From an uncultured Methanomassiliicoccales archaeon (GTDB taxonomy: Archaea > Thermoplasmatota > Thermoplasmata > Methanomassiliicoccales > UBA472), in assembly GCA_963732855.1 (NCBI GenBank), contig CAVTBB010000005.1:139821-203820 (forward strand): 64,000 nt of DNA. Direction: 5' to 3'. The position numbers and the translations under genes are program-made. The notes below the pieces were generated by a model. That model saw nothing but the letters and a program-made list of their open reading frames with translations. It was not told where the DNA came from and ran no database searches. Each line of letters begins with the position of its first letter. The first letter of the stretch is position 1. Of this stretch, positions 53,048 to 63,029 are shown piece after piece.

Positions 53048-54517
53048 ATGCCCCAATTCCCGACCGAGGATCCGATATCCGATCAGGTGCTCTCCGAACT
53101 CTCCCTGTTCCTGGAGTTCGACAATATCGCCTCGCGTTACATCAACACACAGAATCTGGCCTATCAGAAGATCCCGTCCGATAAGATTGCCGTCTATGCC
53201 GCGGAGATGTTCGAAAGAAAGACCATGCTAGAGGCGCTGAGCATGGGGACATCCTGGTTCCTGGAGATGCTGGACCTGAGCAGGGGAAGGGAATGGTACA
53301 TCGCCGACCGGGAACGGCTCTCAAGGCACGCGGTCCTGCTCGCCCTCTTCCCCGATTCCTTCGACTCACAGAACGTCCGCGCCCACGGGCCATTGACGAG
53401 GCCGCTCTTGGCGGAAAGGAAAGCGATCTCGGAGGACTATCCCCACCTTTACCACCCCCGGAGCTGGGGCGAGGTCCCAGCTGAGGGTAAGAATCTGCCC
53501 GACCTGCAGGGGGACTTGGACTGGATGGACCACGACCAGTCCGGCCTGGACGATGACGAGTACGACGTCCAGAAGGACGAGATGGTGCAGCTGGAGCTGC
53601 TCTTCGAGAAAGTGTGGGGGGCCTACCCTGTCTATCTGGAGGAATCGATCTCGATACAGGAAGTGATCGATAGGGCTTTCGAAGATATCAGCACCGAAGG
53701 CGTCAGCCTGCCGGACGACATCGCCGAACTGTTCGCCGCCCGCCATCCGGGGAGCATGTCGGTTCTGCATCGCTTCGTGATCGAATCACTGATCTTCCGC
53801 TTCATGCTGGAGGAGGGCATGGAGAAGACTATGGAAAGGGGAGAGAAATGGATCGCCGTAGACAAGACCGGGGACAGCCCCCTCCGGCCTATCTCCCGGG
53901 CGGACGCGGACCGGTCCCTGGCCCTGATGGATAAGCTGCTCGGCGATATGCAAGAGGTCAATGACCGCATGATGGACTCGGCCCAGGCGATGGCCGACCT
54001 GAGCGACCACGACTCTTCGTGGAACCTGACCGAGGCTGTGCTGGAACGGACGGAAGGGACCGAACTCTGGCCAGCCATCGCCCTCCAGGGGGTCATGAAC
54101 CTGAGAATCGTCAGAGAAAGCGATGGGCGAGCAACTGTCCCGCAGGATCTGGAGAAGGGGGAGAAAGAGAAGGACAGGTCGCTCACCGCGGCCGGACTGA
54201 TCGCCATGACGCTGTCGCTGCACTCGCTCGGCCGGGCGAAGGAATCCGATGAATACAAGAAACGCATGATGGACACGATGCTGTCCGGGATAAGCGAGCC
54301 CCGGATCCTGTTCCTCTACCCGGCCGCCGCCTGGGGGTGCCTGGAGATCGGCGCCAAGCAGGAGGCAAGGAAGCTTGCATCGGTCGGGCTGAAGTACATA
54401 CCTGAGGACATGGAAACGGAGCTGGGGAACGAACTGCTGCAGGTCAGACGGCAGGCGGACAGGGTGGAAAGGAAGAGGAAGGACGCAGTGGTCCCAGCGT
54501 CCAAGCGGCACAGGTGA
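53048..54517 (+). CDS. hypothetical acidic helical protein
   Basis: This is a 489-aa ORF of normal composition, rich in D/E. I recognised no family. Confidence 0.5.
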   Translation: MPQFPTEDPISDQVLSELSLFLEFDNIASRYINTQNLAYQKIPSDKIAVYAAEMFERKTMLEALSMGTSWFLEMLDLSRGREWYIADRERLSRHAVLLALFPDSFDSQNVRAHGPLTRPLLAERKAISEDYPHLYHPRSWGEVPAEGKNLPDLQGDLDWMDHDQSGLDDDEYDVQKDEMVQLELLFEKVWGAYPVYLEESISIQEVIDRAFEDISTEGVSLPDDIAELFAARHPGSMSVLHRFVIESLIFRFMLEEGMEKTMERGEKWIAVDKTGDSPLRPISRADADRSLALMDKLLGDMQEVNDRMMDSAQAMADLSDHDSSWNLTEAVLERTEGTELWPAIALQGVMNLRIVRESDGRATVPQDLEKGEKEKDRSLTAAGLIAMTLSLHSLGRAKESDEYKKRMMDTMLSGISEPRILFLYPAAAWGCLEIGAKQEARKLASVGLKYIPEDMETELGNELLQVRRQADRVERKRKDAVVPASKRHR

Positions 54518-54602
54518 CAACCCAGTCGATATTGATCTGCAATGATCGATGAAGGACCGGCTTATCCTCCTGATCAAGAATAGCGTCTATTGGCAGAGTG
54601 GT

Positions 54603-54642
54603 CCGTTAGATAATGTTAGATACTGGCCATATTATCTAACGG
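54603..54642. terminator. perfect 12-bp inverted repeat (CCGTTAGATAAT-16 nt-ATTATCTAACGG) between convergent genes
   Basis: I read this directly from the sequence. It lies between the 53048 gene (+) and addA-like (-). It could be a bidirectional terminator hairpin or a protein-binding site. Confidence 0.35.
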
Positions 54643-54742
54643 ATATCTACCGATCATCTTCTTCATCTCGTATCTGCGCCTCGATCATCCACTCTGGAAT
54701 TCTGATGCCCGGCGAGAAGAAGACCGAGAAAGCAAGGCACCT

Positions 54743-57700
54743 TTAGCGTTCTACTGCCTTATCGACCTGCTCCGAGCATTCCCTGATCCTATCCTTCAAT
54801 CCGGTGTCGAAACCCATCTCATCGCCGATATGGACATATCTTCCCGACCCGGTGAAATATACCTGACCTTGCACCTTTACGTGCAACGCCCTCGACATCA
54901 TAAGCGCGTACGCCCTCAGCTGGTCTGCATGCCTCTCGGCGTCCTTCTCCTCGCTGCCCTGTTTCACCGCATCGGTCTTGAAATCCACCACGATGGAAGA
55001 GCCCGAACGGTTCGATTCTAACCGGTCCACCTTCCCCTGGAAACGCTGTCCATCGATATCGGCCATGAATACCAGTTCCCGATAGGCAATGCCATCGGAT
55101 CCTTTCAAAGCAACGAAGCGTTCTTTGATCTTGGCAAGTTCTGCAACGCTTGAAGCGGGCAGCCAATACTTCCTGGCCACCGGCTCCGGGTCACGGCCTT
55201 GCAAGATTTCGTGCGCCGCAGTGCCGAACTGCATGGCGTCCGATCGGGTACCGCTGTCCAGCCATCCTTCCGGCACCCCGAAAACGTTCCTCCGGACGAA
55301 GCGCTCGGGATACGACTCGAACGCCTCCAAGCCGGTGACGGTCAGACCGATCCTCCGTTTGGGCTTTGAGACCGAGGACCATCCCCCCAGGCCGCCGATA
55401 TCTTCCGGCAGGGACATGAGGGAAGGTTTCTCCCGTTCCGTTTCTTCCAGATCCATGTCGCTCTCACGGACGACGTAAACGAGGACATGATCGTTGATGG
55501 CGATCATGTTGACATCTGGGCGGATCCCTTCCGGCGCGATGGCCGACCGCAGCAGATCCATCCAGTTGACCGTTGTGCGCTTGTCCGATCCGATCTTCCC
55601 GCTAAGCACCAGATGGTCCCTGGCCCGAGTCATGGCGACGTAGAGCAAGCGTTTCGATTCCTCGGCATCCTTCTCATCCTCCTCGATCTCGATGAGCGAG
55701 AGCGCCGCGTTCTTGGCCAGTTTGTAATCCTCTCCCAAGACGGTCAATCCCAGCCCAATCCCTTCGTCGAACAGTATCGAGCTCGTCGAACTTCTCGGCG
55801 GCGCGCCCAGCTCCGGAACGATGACAATGGGGAACTCCAGCCCCTTCGACGCATGCACCGTCATGATGTTGACCGCGTTGATGGACGACGTCTCCATGGG
55901 TGCTTCGCCCTCGAGCTTCGCCAGCTCCATGGCGTTCTCCATCCACTCCACCGCTTCATGGGGCATGCAGATGCCGTCGGCGGATGCGTTGCGCAGCATC
56001 GATGTCAGCTTGTCCAGATTGGCCAGCAGCTGGGCCGAGTTCGTCTGGGCGGAGTAAACGGCAGATATCCCGGACGTAACCTGGACGTACTGCAGCAGTT
56101 CTGCGATGGGCATCCTGCCCGCGCGTGACCGCCATGATTCAAGCATGACCACCGCCATCTTGGACCTCTCATCCTCTTCGGCCCTCTTCTTCAGCCTGCT
56201 CCAAAGGTCAAACCCCTTGCCGCGGCAGATGAAGAACAGCTCCTCGTCCGAGAACGAGAAATAGGGAGAGCGCAGCATCCCGTAGCTCGAAACGTCGTCC
56301 GAACCGTCCGCCAGGAACCTAAGGATGTTGTACACGTCCAAGACCTCCTGCCGTTCGAAGAAGCCCAGGCCCTTGTGCACCTGATACGGGATGTTGCGGT
56401 CACGCAGGGCCTTCTCAAACATCTTCAGGTGGGTGCGTGCGCGCAGAAGGATGGTGAGGTCACCGTACACGGGAGTGCGGCCTTCCTTGAGCCGTTTCCC
56501 TTCGTTGTCGGTGTAGACCAACTTCCGGCCTTCGGTCATGATTGCCTGGATCCGGGTAGCCACCATCTCCGGTTCGGAGAGTGTATCAACTGGAACCTGT
56601 CCGGCTACCGCGGTCCCGGGTGAACCAGGCAGCATGAGCTCGACGCTTCCGACGTCGGACGATTTCTCGGCCGAGCGGCACATCGGTTCGTACTTGAACC
56701 GGAACTCGCGGTCCTCTTCGACCATCAGCCGGGAGAACACGTGGTTCACCACGTCCACGACCTGCCGGGTCGAACGGAAGTTGACGTCCAGGTGCACTCC
56801 CGCTTCCGAGTCCATATCAACCATCTTGCGCTTAGCACCCTGGAACATGGCCACGTCCGCGTTCCTGAAGCCATAGATGGACTGCTTCGGGTCACCGACA
56901 ATGAAAAGGCGGTCCTTTGGGTCGTCACCGGCGACAGCCCAGACGATCTTCGACTGGATCGGGTCGGTGTCCTGGAACTCGTCCACCAGCAGGTTGCGGT
57001 ACCGTCCGCGCAGCGAACTGACGACCTCGTTCCTTCCGACCAGCTTCATTGCCGTCGCGATCATGTCGCCGAAGTCGATGGCATTGGCCTTCTTCTTGGC
57101 CGCCTCCATGGCGGCGGCGTAGGAACCGTAGACCCGGATCAGGTCATAGGTCGATTCGGTGGTCCTTTGGACCATCTCATCGTTCCCGCAGGCCATCTTG
57201 TCCAGGCAGGCGGCGTCCAGAGCGGTTCTGATGGAGTCGTAGCTGGATGCGAGCCGCTCCTTTGCCCCGTCCTTGAAGAACTTCTTGTTACCCATGGACC
57301 GAGTGCCTTTTACCTTCGAAAGCAATCGCAATTGTTCCAGTTTCTCTCCATCGGTATTCGCCACCAGCAGTCGTCTGATCATCGGACCGGCCTCCGACAG
57401 GTACCTCTGCCCCGGGTCATCCTGACCCGAATGGGAATCGGCGAGATCGGATAGTGTGACCAGCGACTCGCGGACCCCCTCTTTCGATAGGACCCTGTTC
57501 ACCATTTCGCTCAGGATCATTCCGTCCATCTCTTCGGCCCATTCCCGGACCGACTCCATGGTGCGGTGCTTCTCGAGCCACTCCGCCATTTCCGCGCGGC
57601 GCTCGTACATGTACTCCAGACGCTCCTTGGTCTTCAGGCTGCCAAACCAGGTCAGGGCGCGGACCAGGCTCTCGTTCGTCTCTCCGCCGCATTCTCCGCA

Positions 57701-58099
57701 TAGAAGCGAGTCGAACGCCTCCTCCTGCATCAAGCTTAGGCCGACGTCGTCCAGCACCTGGAACCTTGGGGCGACACCGGAGACCAGTGGATACTGCCGG
57801 ATCAGGTTCGAACAGAACGAGTGGAACGTCGAGATGGAGCACCAGTTGAACTCGTCCAGGCGCTCCTTCCACACCTCGCCCTCATTCTCAGAGATGGCTT
57901 TTCTTACCCGCTCCTTCATCTCCGCCGCCGCTTTCTCGGTGAACGTCAACGCCAGGATCTGAGACACCTTGACGCCGTTCTCCAGCAGTTTCAGATAGCG
58001 TTCGACAAGCACCCAGGTCTTCCCTGCCCCGGCCCCGGCGGTCACGCACAGGCTGCGGTCCAGGTCCAATGCGCGTTTCTGGCTCTCGGTCGGTTCCAT
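54743..58099 (-). CDS. addA: AddA/RecB-type UvrD-family helicase with C-terminal PD-(D/E)xK nuclease
   Basis: All SF1 motifs are present: AGAGAGKTWVL, LLVDEFQDTDPIQ, VGDPKQSIYGFRNAD, NFRS, VHASKGLEFPIVIV, LLYVAMTRARDHLVLSG. The C-terminal nuclease motifs are GTAAHE, GKVDRL...IVVDFKTD and QLRAYAL. The ATG follows the addB stop after 1 nt. Confidence 0.85.
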   Translation of the reverse strand: MEPTESQKRALDLDRSLCVTAGAGAGKTWVLVERYLKLLENGVKVSQILALTFTEKAAAEMKERVRKAISENEGEVWKERLDEFNWCSISTFHSFCSNLIRQYPLVSGVAPRFQVLDDVGLSLMQEEAFDSLLCGECGGETNESLVRALTWFGSLKTKERLEYMYERRAEMAEWLEKHRTMESVREWAEEMDGMILSEMVNRVLSKEGVRESLVTLSDLADSHSGQDDPGQRYLSEAGPMIRRLLVANTDGEKLEQLRLLSKVKGTRSMGNKKFFKDGAKERLASSYDSIRTALDAACLDKMACGNDEMVQRTTESTYDLIRVYGSYAAAMEAAKKKANAIDFGDMIATAMKLVGRNEVVSSLRGRYRNLLVDEFQDTDPIQSKIVWAVAGDDPKDRLFIVGDPKQSIYGFRNADVAMFQGAKRKMVDMDSEAGVHLDVNFRSTRQVVDVVNHVFSRLMVEEDREFRFKYEPMCRSAEKSSDVGSVELMLPGSPGTAVAGQVPVDTLSEPEMVATRIQAIMTEGRKLVYTDNEGKRLKEGRTPVYGDLTILLRARTHLKMFEKALRDRNIPYQVHKGLGFFERQEVLDVYNILRFLADGSDDVSSYGMLRSPYFSFSDEELFFICRGKGFDLWSRLKKRAEEDERSKMAVVMLESWRSRAGRMPIAELLQYVQVTSGISAVYSAQTNSAQLLANLDKLTSMLRNASADGICMPHEAVEWMENAMELAKLEGEAPMETSSINAVNIMTVHASKGLEFPIVIVPELGAPPRSSTSSILFDEGIGLGLTVLGEDYKLAKNAALSLIEIEEDEKDAEESKRLLYVAMTRARDHLVLSGKIGSDKRTTVNWMDLLRSAIAPEGIRPDVNMIAINDHVLVYVVRESDMDLEETEREKPSLMSLPEDIGGLGGWSSVSKPKRRIGLTVTGLEAFESYPERFVRRNVFGVPEGWLDSGTRSDAMQFGTAAHEILQGRDPEPVARKYWLPASSVAELAKIKERFVALKGSDGIAYRELVFMADIDGQRFQGKVDRLESNRSGSSIVVDFKTDAVKQGSEEKDAERHADQLRAYALMMSRALHVKVQGQVYFTGSGRYVHIGDEMGFDTGLKDRIRECSEQVDKAVER

Positions 58100-58100
58100 C

Positions 58101-61100
58101 TTACTCGCCCTCCATGTCCATGACGCGCAGCGCATCGAACCGGCACACCTGCTTGAACTCGCAGTATGCCTTGCAGTCCTTCTCCGACTCGGCCGGATGG
58201 AAGGCACCATTGCGCATGTTAGAAAGCATCCCGGCGACCATCAGGTTAGTCCCAGCCACCAGGTCCCCGATCGGTTCGCTGAGGAAATGCTTGCGGGTGC
58301 CGACGATCTTCTTCAGAGGTGCGGCGTTCTCCTCGTCGACCACGATGGTGGAGTACTCGACCTCTGCCTCGTTCTTGACCAGATAGAATATGCCGCCGAC
58401 CCCGCGGGAATCCTTGATCATCTTTTCGACGGCCTGCAAGTAGAGCTGTACCTGCAGGCTCCTCCCGGTCTCGACGTCTGAAAGCTTGGGCAGCATGCCG
58501 GTCTTGTAATCGATCACGAGGAACTTCCCGTCCTGATCGATGTCCACCCGGTCGACCCTGCCGGCCAGGAGTAGCTTCGAGTCGTCGCCGAGGTCAAGCT
58601 CGACCGGTTTGTCTACTGAGGAAGGGTCACAGCTGTCCGGCTTCGCCCTGCCGAACGACAGTTCGAACAGGCTAGGCGTGTAGGGCGAAGGATTTGCTAT
58701 CTCGTATTCCAGGAAAGCCCTGAGCAACCCTTTGCGATAGGGGGACCCGGCCATCCTGGCCTGGAACGCGTCCCACGCCGGGCCGCTGAACTTCATCGTC
58801 GCCAGCTCCGCCGCCGCTATCGCCTTGGCAAGTTTCTCGATCGAGTCCAGATTCTCGGCGTTCATGGGCGTGCCGCTTGATCTGAGCTGGGAATACAACC
58901 TGAACGCCACCTCGTGCACGAAGGTGCCCTGGTCCTTGCCCGTTATCTCCAGCTCCAGCTCGGGGCGCGGCTCGATCCTTAGAACGCTGGTGAGGAAGAA
59001 CCGGAACGGACAAGAAGAATAGGTCTCTATCTGCGTCGGGGAGAACACCTTTGCGGGGGAGAGCATCTTGCCCAGCTCTTCGATGATCTTCTCGTCGTTG
59101 AGCACGCCGTCGAAAGGCGAGTCGTAGTCGTTCACCCTGTGGAAGGCCTCGACGTTGATCCGGCGGAGCAGCTCTTCGGGCGTGATCTGTATCGCTAGGG
59201 AAATACCATCCATCGAACGCTTCCGGGCGATCGCCTCTCCCAGAGCCTTCTGTTCGTTGATCCGCGACGCATGGACATCCTCCTCGGCGAACGACGGCGG
59301 ATCGAGCGCCTTGACAACCTCGTCATAGAACGAGGAAGAGACCACCTTGCTGCCGTCGTTGGAACGGTAGCAGCTCAGGCTGACGGTCTTCCTGGCGGTC
59401 TCCAGAGCGGAAAGGAAGTACAATCGCTCCTGACGCAGGATGTCCGACCGGCTGAGCAGACCCATCCTTCCGATGTCCGCTTCGTCTATGAACGGATTCC
59501 CGACGCCGAGGAACGGCAGGTCCCCCTCGATCATCCCGACGATGAAAACATGATCGTACCGGGTCAGCATGGCCGCCCTCAGACCGGTGACCTGCACGGC
59601 ATCGTCGTACATCGGTTCGACGTAATGCTTGGAATTGGAGCAAAGCACCTTGACCCGGGCGATGAAAGAGCCCAGGCCTTCCTTGCCGACCGGGTTGAAC
59701 GACTCGGACGAGATCATCGTGTCCAGCACGCCGAAGAACGCCGCTAGGCTGCGCGCTTCCTTGTTGTAAATGCGTTCGTCCTCGTGCGCCAGATGCCGGT
59801 CCGCCTCCAGCCGCTTCAGCACCTGCTTGAGGCGGGAGATCCTTTCGTCCACCGTAATCGTTCCCTTTATCGTTCCGAGCAGGACGAAAAGTTCCGTGAG
59901 ACCGTCGTTGACAGTCGCGACCCGCATTGCCTTGTCGGAGATCTGCCTCGCCCGTTCCGGCGGGACCTCTGGTGACGACGCTTCTTCCTCCAGGCTCTTC
60001 CGGAGCAGGTCCATCTTCTCCTTCCACTGGGCGACGCCGCCGATGACCCCGGCCTGCTCCCCGTAACTGGAGACCATGCCCCCGGACAGTCGTTCCTTGC
60101 TCTCATTGCCGTACCTAAACCGGATGTATGGCGAAGACAGCAAACGGACCACTCTCTCCCTGGGCATGTCCTCGTTGACCGCTTCCAGAAGGTCGAGCAT
60201 CACGTGGACGATGGGCGATTGGTTCAGCGGGATGGGCACGTCCAGATTGCACCAGATTCCAGACTCGTCAAGCATCTCCCGGAATAACGGGGCCGATTTC
60301 TCCCTCATCGGCAACATGACGCAGATCTCCGAAGGGCTCGTTCCTGACGAGATGAGCCTTCTGATCTCGCCGGCAACGGCCCTAGCCTCTGCCAGCGGAT
60401 CAGCGAACACCCGCGCCTTGAGCTCCGCACCATTCCGGAATCGGGCCAGTTCCTCAGCCTTCGGACAATCTTTGACCGCTTTCTCGTCAGCCCCTAGCCA
60501 TGACAGGTCCTCTCTGAACGTTTTCCCACCGTCGTTTCTGATTACGAAAACGGTTTCAATGGCCGCGGTCCTGACCGCATTGACAAGTTCCTTCTCCAGC
60601 GGGCTCAGTTCATTCAGTCCGATCATCCAGACCTTCTTGACCGATACACGGTTCTCTTTCAGCCATCTAATGGCACACTCCATTACACCAACGCTATCGT
60701 AAAGCTTCGATCCAGAAGTGCGTTCCAGGTACTTCTCGAATATAGAAAGGATTTGATCGTTAACAGTGTCCTTGCCCGGGCTGGCGATCACGGATGGTGA
60801 CACCTTGAACTGGCGCCAGGTGTCGAACAGCGCCCTCAGTTCAGAAACGGTCGGACCAATGCCCGCCCAAAGTGGCTCGAACTCTTTAAGGGATGAGCGG
60901 TTCTCGTCCATCACCGACTTTAGTACGAGCTCGGCCTCCTCGACTCCGATGGACGTCTCGCTGACGCAGCAATCCTCGAAAATGTTCTTTGCCAGTTCGT
61001 CAAGGGTGCAGATCGGGTCGCCGAGAAGGACGATACCACGTTTTAGCATCCGGTCGACTGATTGGCGGCGGGCGGTGCTCGACGGCAGGACCATCATGCC

Positions 61101-61196
61101 GCCGAAAGGGTCCAGCGACAGCGTTTGATGGAGTTGCTCCTCGACATCGTCCATGATCCCCTGCGGCTCGCACCGGATTAACGTTAATTTCCCCAT
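58101..61196 (-). CDS. addB: AddB/RexB-type subunit: degenerate helicase-like N-region + C-terminal Fe-S PD-(D/E)xK nuclease
   Basis: The C-terminus has SCPFRFF...FVHEV...GRVDRVDIDQDGKFLVIDYKTG...LQVQLYLQA...CKAYCEFKQVC, i.e. the 1+3 Cys cluster seen in AddB/Cas4 nucleases. There is no Walker A at the N-terminus. I trimmed the start to MGKLTLIRC. Confidence 0.8.
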   Translation of the reverse strand: MGKLTLIRCEPQGIMDDVEEQLHQTLSLDPFGGMMVLPSSTARRQSVDRMLKRGIVLLGDPICTLDELAKNIFEDCCVSETSIGVEEAELVLKSVMDENRSSLKEFEPLWAGIGPTVSELRALFDTWRQFKVSPSVIASPGKDTVNDQILSIFEKYLERTSGSKLYDSVGVMECAIRWLKENRVSVKKVWMIGLNELSPLEKELVNAVRTAAIETVFVIRNDGGKTFREDLSWLGADEKAVKDCPKAEELARFRNGAELKARVFADPLAEARAVAGEIRRLISSGTSPSEICVMLPMREKSAPLFREMLDESGIWCNLDVPIPLNQSPIVHVMLDLLEAVNEDMPRERVVRLLSSPYIRFRYGNESKERLSGGMVSSYGEQAGVIGGVAQWKEKMDLLRKSLEEEASSPEVPPERARQISDKAMRVATVNDGLTELFVLLGTIKGTITVDERISRLKQVLKRLEADRHLAHEDERIYNKEARSLAAFFGVLDTMISSESFNPVGKEGLGSFIARVKVLCSNSKHYVEPMYDDAVQVTGLRAAMLTRYDHVFIVGMIEGDLPFLGVGNPFIDEADIGRMGLLSRSDILRQERLYFLSALETARKTVSLSCYRSNDGSKVVSSSFYDEVVKALDPPSFAEEDVHASRINEQKALGEAIARKRSMDGISLAIQITPEELLRRINVEAFHRVNDYDSPFDGVLNDEKIIEELGKMLSPAKVFSPTQIETYSSCPFRFFLTSVLRIEPRPELELEITGKDQGTFVHEVAFRLYSQLRSSGTPMNAENLDSIEKLAKAIAAAELATMKFSGPAWDAFQARMAGSPYRKGLLRAFLEYEIANPSPYTPSLFELSFGRAKPDSCDPSSVDKPVELDLGDDSKLLLAGRVDRVDIDQDGKFLVIDYKTGMLPKLSDVETGRSLQVQLYLQAVEKMIKDSRGVGGIFYLVKNEAEVEYSTIVVDEENAAPLKKIVGTRKHFLSEPIGDLVAGTNLMVAGMLSNMRNGAFHPAESEKDCKAYCEFKQVCRFDALRVMDMEGE

Positions 61197-61556
61197 TTCT
61201 GATTCCTGTCCTGCAAAGATGATCGACCGGCGACCACCGGCCCTGTAATGATGTAAACTGATCCCCCGGTCAATGGTCGGGCTATTACATTCAGCTTTTC
61301 CTACCAGCATCGATTACGAGACGTGTTCCAATATTCCATGTCTGGAATTGGACCTGATATCCCCGATCCAAGTTCTTGTCAGCTGTCTGATACTGGTATC
61401 ATGAAAGCTGAACTGAGACAGGGGGAAATTCAGGGAGTTGCGTACGATGACCGGGCACTTCCCCACGGACGTTAAGCCAGCGCCCCGCCCCACTCATCGA
61501 CTTACTCTGTCCTGTTCCCCGCCTCGGTTCTGACGTCCGATATTCCCTGGATGTTC

Positions 61557-62021
61557 TCAATTCACGTAATAGGGACGTTCCTTGCTGGCGACGTATGGCT
61601 GTTCCTCGCCGCTCCTTACAGGAGAATAGGGCGCCTTTTCGGCATTGGATTTCCTCTTAGCCTCCTCCGACCTCATCGCTTCCCTGGCGATCAGCGACCT
61701 GAAGCTCACGTCGTAGATGATCTCACACATCTTCTCCACTTCTTTCTGGATGATCTCCAGCTCTTCCTGCGTCGGCTCTTCCAGCACCTTAGTGTAGGTG
61801 TTCAGGAACTGGCGGAACATGATCTTACGAGCAATTTCCCTCAGCCGGTTCGCCTTGAAGACCAGCGTCATCGGCTGAATGTTCATCCTCTTGGCCGACG
61901 TGATAAACTCGTCGACCATTCTGTCCATCTCGGCCATGTGGCTGACGTCCTCACCGACCGCTTGGTCCAGGTGCTCGTTCAATTCCCTGCGCTTCCTTAC
62001 TTGTATCCTCGGTTTGCTCAT
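61557..62021 (-). CDS. hypothetical helical protein
   Basis: This is a 154-aa, charged, helical ORF. I recognised no family. Confidence 0.45.
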   Translation of the reverse strand: MSKPRIQVRKRRELNEHLDQAVGEDVSHMAEMDRMVDEFITSAKRMNIQPMTLVFKANRLREIARKIMFRQFLNTYTKVLEEPTQEELEIIQKEVEKMCEIIYDVSFRSLIAREAMRSEEAKRKSNAEKAPYSPVRSGEEQPYVASKERPYYVN

Positions 62022-62033
62022 GTCTTCACCTTC

Positions 62034-62363
62034 TCATGCCTCGACCAATGTCAAGGCCAACGATCCACATTCATACCGGTTTGATCCGTTCAGTTCCGAG
62101 ACCTTTTTGCGCTTCTTCCGGGTGAGGAAGTCGGGCTTGAGATCGTCCTCTCTTAGTCGGCGAATTCCGTTGTCCCAGGCATACTCGTATAGTATCTGGC
62201 TGGACCAGGCGGTTATGTCACCGTTCGAAAGCAGGTACATCGTCCTGCGGTCTATGTTCGGGGTGTTCTGCTGCATATTGCCTAAACAGCAGAACGAGAA
62301 TATAGACATTATAACGTTATTAGTGTTATAACTGTTAGTTATTGGTTCAATAAGAGAATTCAA
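62034..62363 (-). CDS. hypothetical small protein (true start probably internal, ATG 62276)
   Basis: The first ~30 codons fall in AT-rich, promoter-like DNA that contains the ATAACGTTAT palindrome. The remainder is MQQNTPNIDRRTMYLLSNGDITAWSSQILYEYAWDNG...KKRKK. Confidence 0.4.
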   Translation of the reverse strand: MNSLIEPITNSYNTNNVIMSIFSFCCLGNMQQNTPNIDRRTMYLLSNGDITAWSSQILYEYAWDNGIRRLREDDLKPDFLTRKKRKKVSELNGSNRYECGSLALTLVEA

Positions 62364-62707
62364 TCTGTCAGATTAAAGATGAACCTAACTTTGGACCAGA
62401 TTATAATCAGAACAGCAACAGGCAACAACCAGTTAGCCAGAACCTTGGCTGAATAAGAAGGATCTTGGTATTCGCTTTTATGGGAAAGATAATAACTCAA
62501 AGGATTTTGATATACCTTGAAAGCGCCATTTCTATCTCTCCGTGCTTCCTTCAATTCCAAGTGTGACTCGCATTGTGTGCAACCAACACCCCAAATGCTC
62601 GATGATGAAAAAATTTGGCGCAACGCGGAAGAAGCGATCGCGAAACTAGCGAGGGAAGATTGTCCAATGTTAGCTGCGTGCAAAAGTGAATCGATCTTCT
62701 GGATCAC
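62360..62707 (-). CDS. hypothetical protein with C-terminal TM segment
   Basis: This is a 115-aa ORF with an AT-rich codon composition. The C-terminus (LANWLLPVAVLIIIWS) is hydrophobic. Confidence 0.35.
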   Translation of the reverse strand: MIQKIDSLLHAANIGQSSLASFAIASSALRQIFSSSSIWGVGCTQCESHLELKEARRDRNGAFKVYQNPLSYYLSHKSEYQDPSYSAKVLANWLLPVAVLIIIWSKVRFIFNLTD

Positions 62708-63029
62708 CGTCCAAGCTTCTCGAAGATGAGACCAAAGAAGTCAGAGAAACGGCGAAATAGGCCATTGACCAGAAATCGAAATCTGAGGGGTGACAAAAAT
62801 GGTCTCCTAGAAGAAAGAAAAAGGTGACTCGAAGCTAGGCAATCGATATCAATCGAGACAACCCAGATTTACAGGATTAAGACCGATATTAGGATTTGTT
62901 CCTTCATTCTCTCGATAAGTCAACAATATGGCTTTATGCCATATTTGTGAACGAACCGTTAAGGAATAAACCATGCTCTGCGAAATTCGGCATCGATAAA
63001 ATGTGAAATGGACAATTGATCAAGAGAGG

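Noticed and set aside
48288-63000. I looked for an att-type direct repeat of the tRNA-Gly 3' end (GGTTCGAATCCCGACGCCCGCA) that would delimit an integrated element.
   Set aside because: I could not find a copy or a long partial copy by eye in the intergenic regions I checked (54518-54742, 61197-61556, 62708-63029). A computational search is needed, so the island call rests on gene content and composition only.
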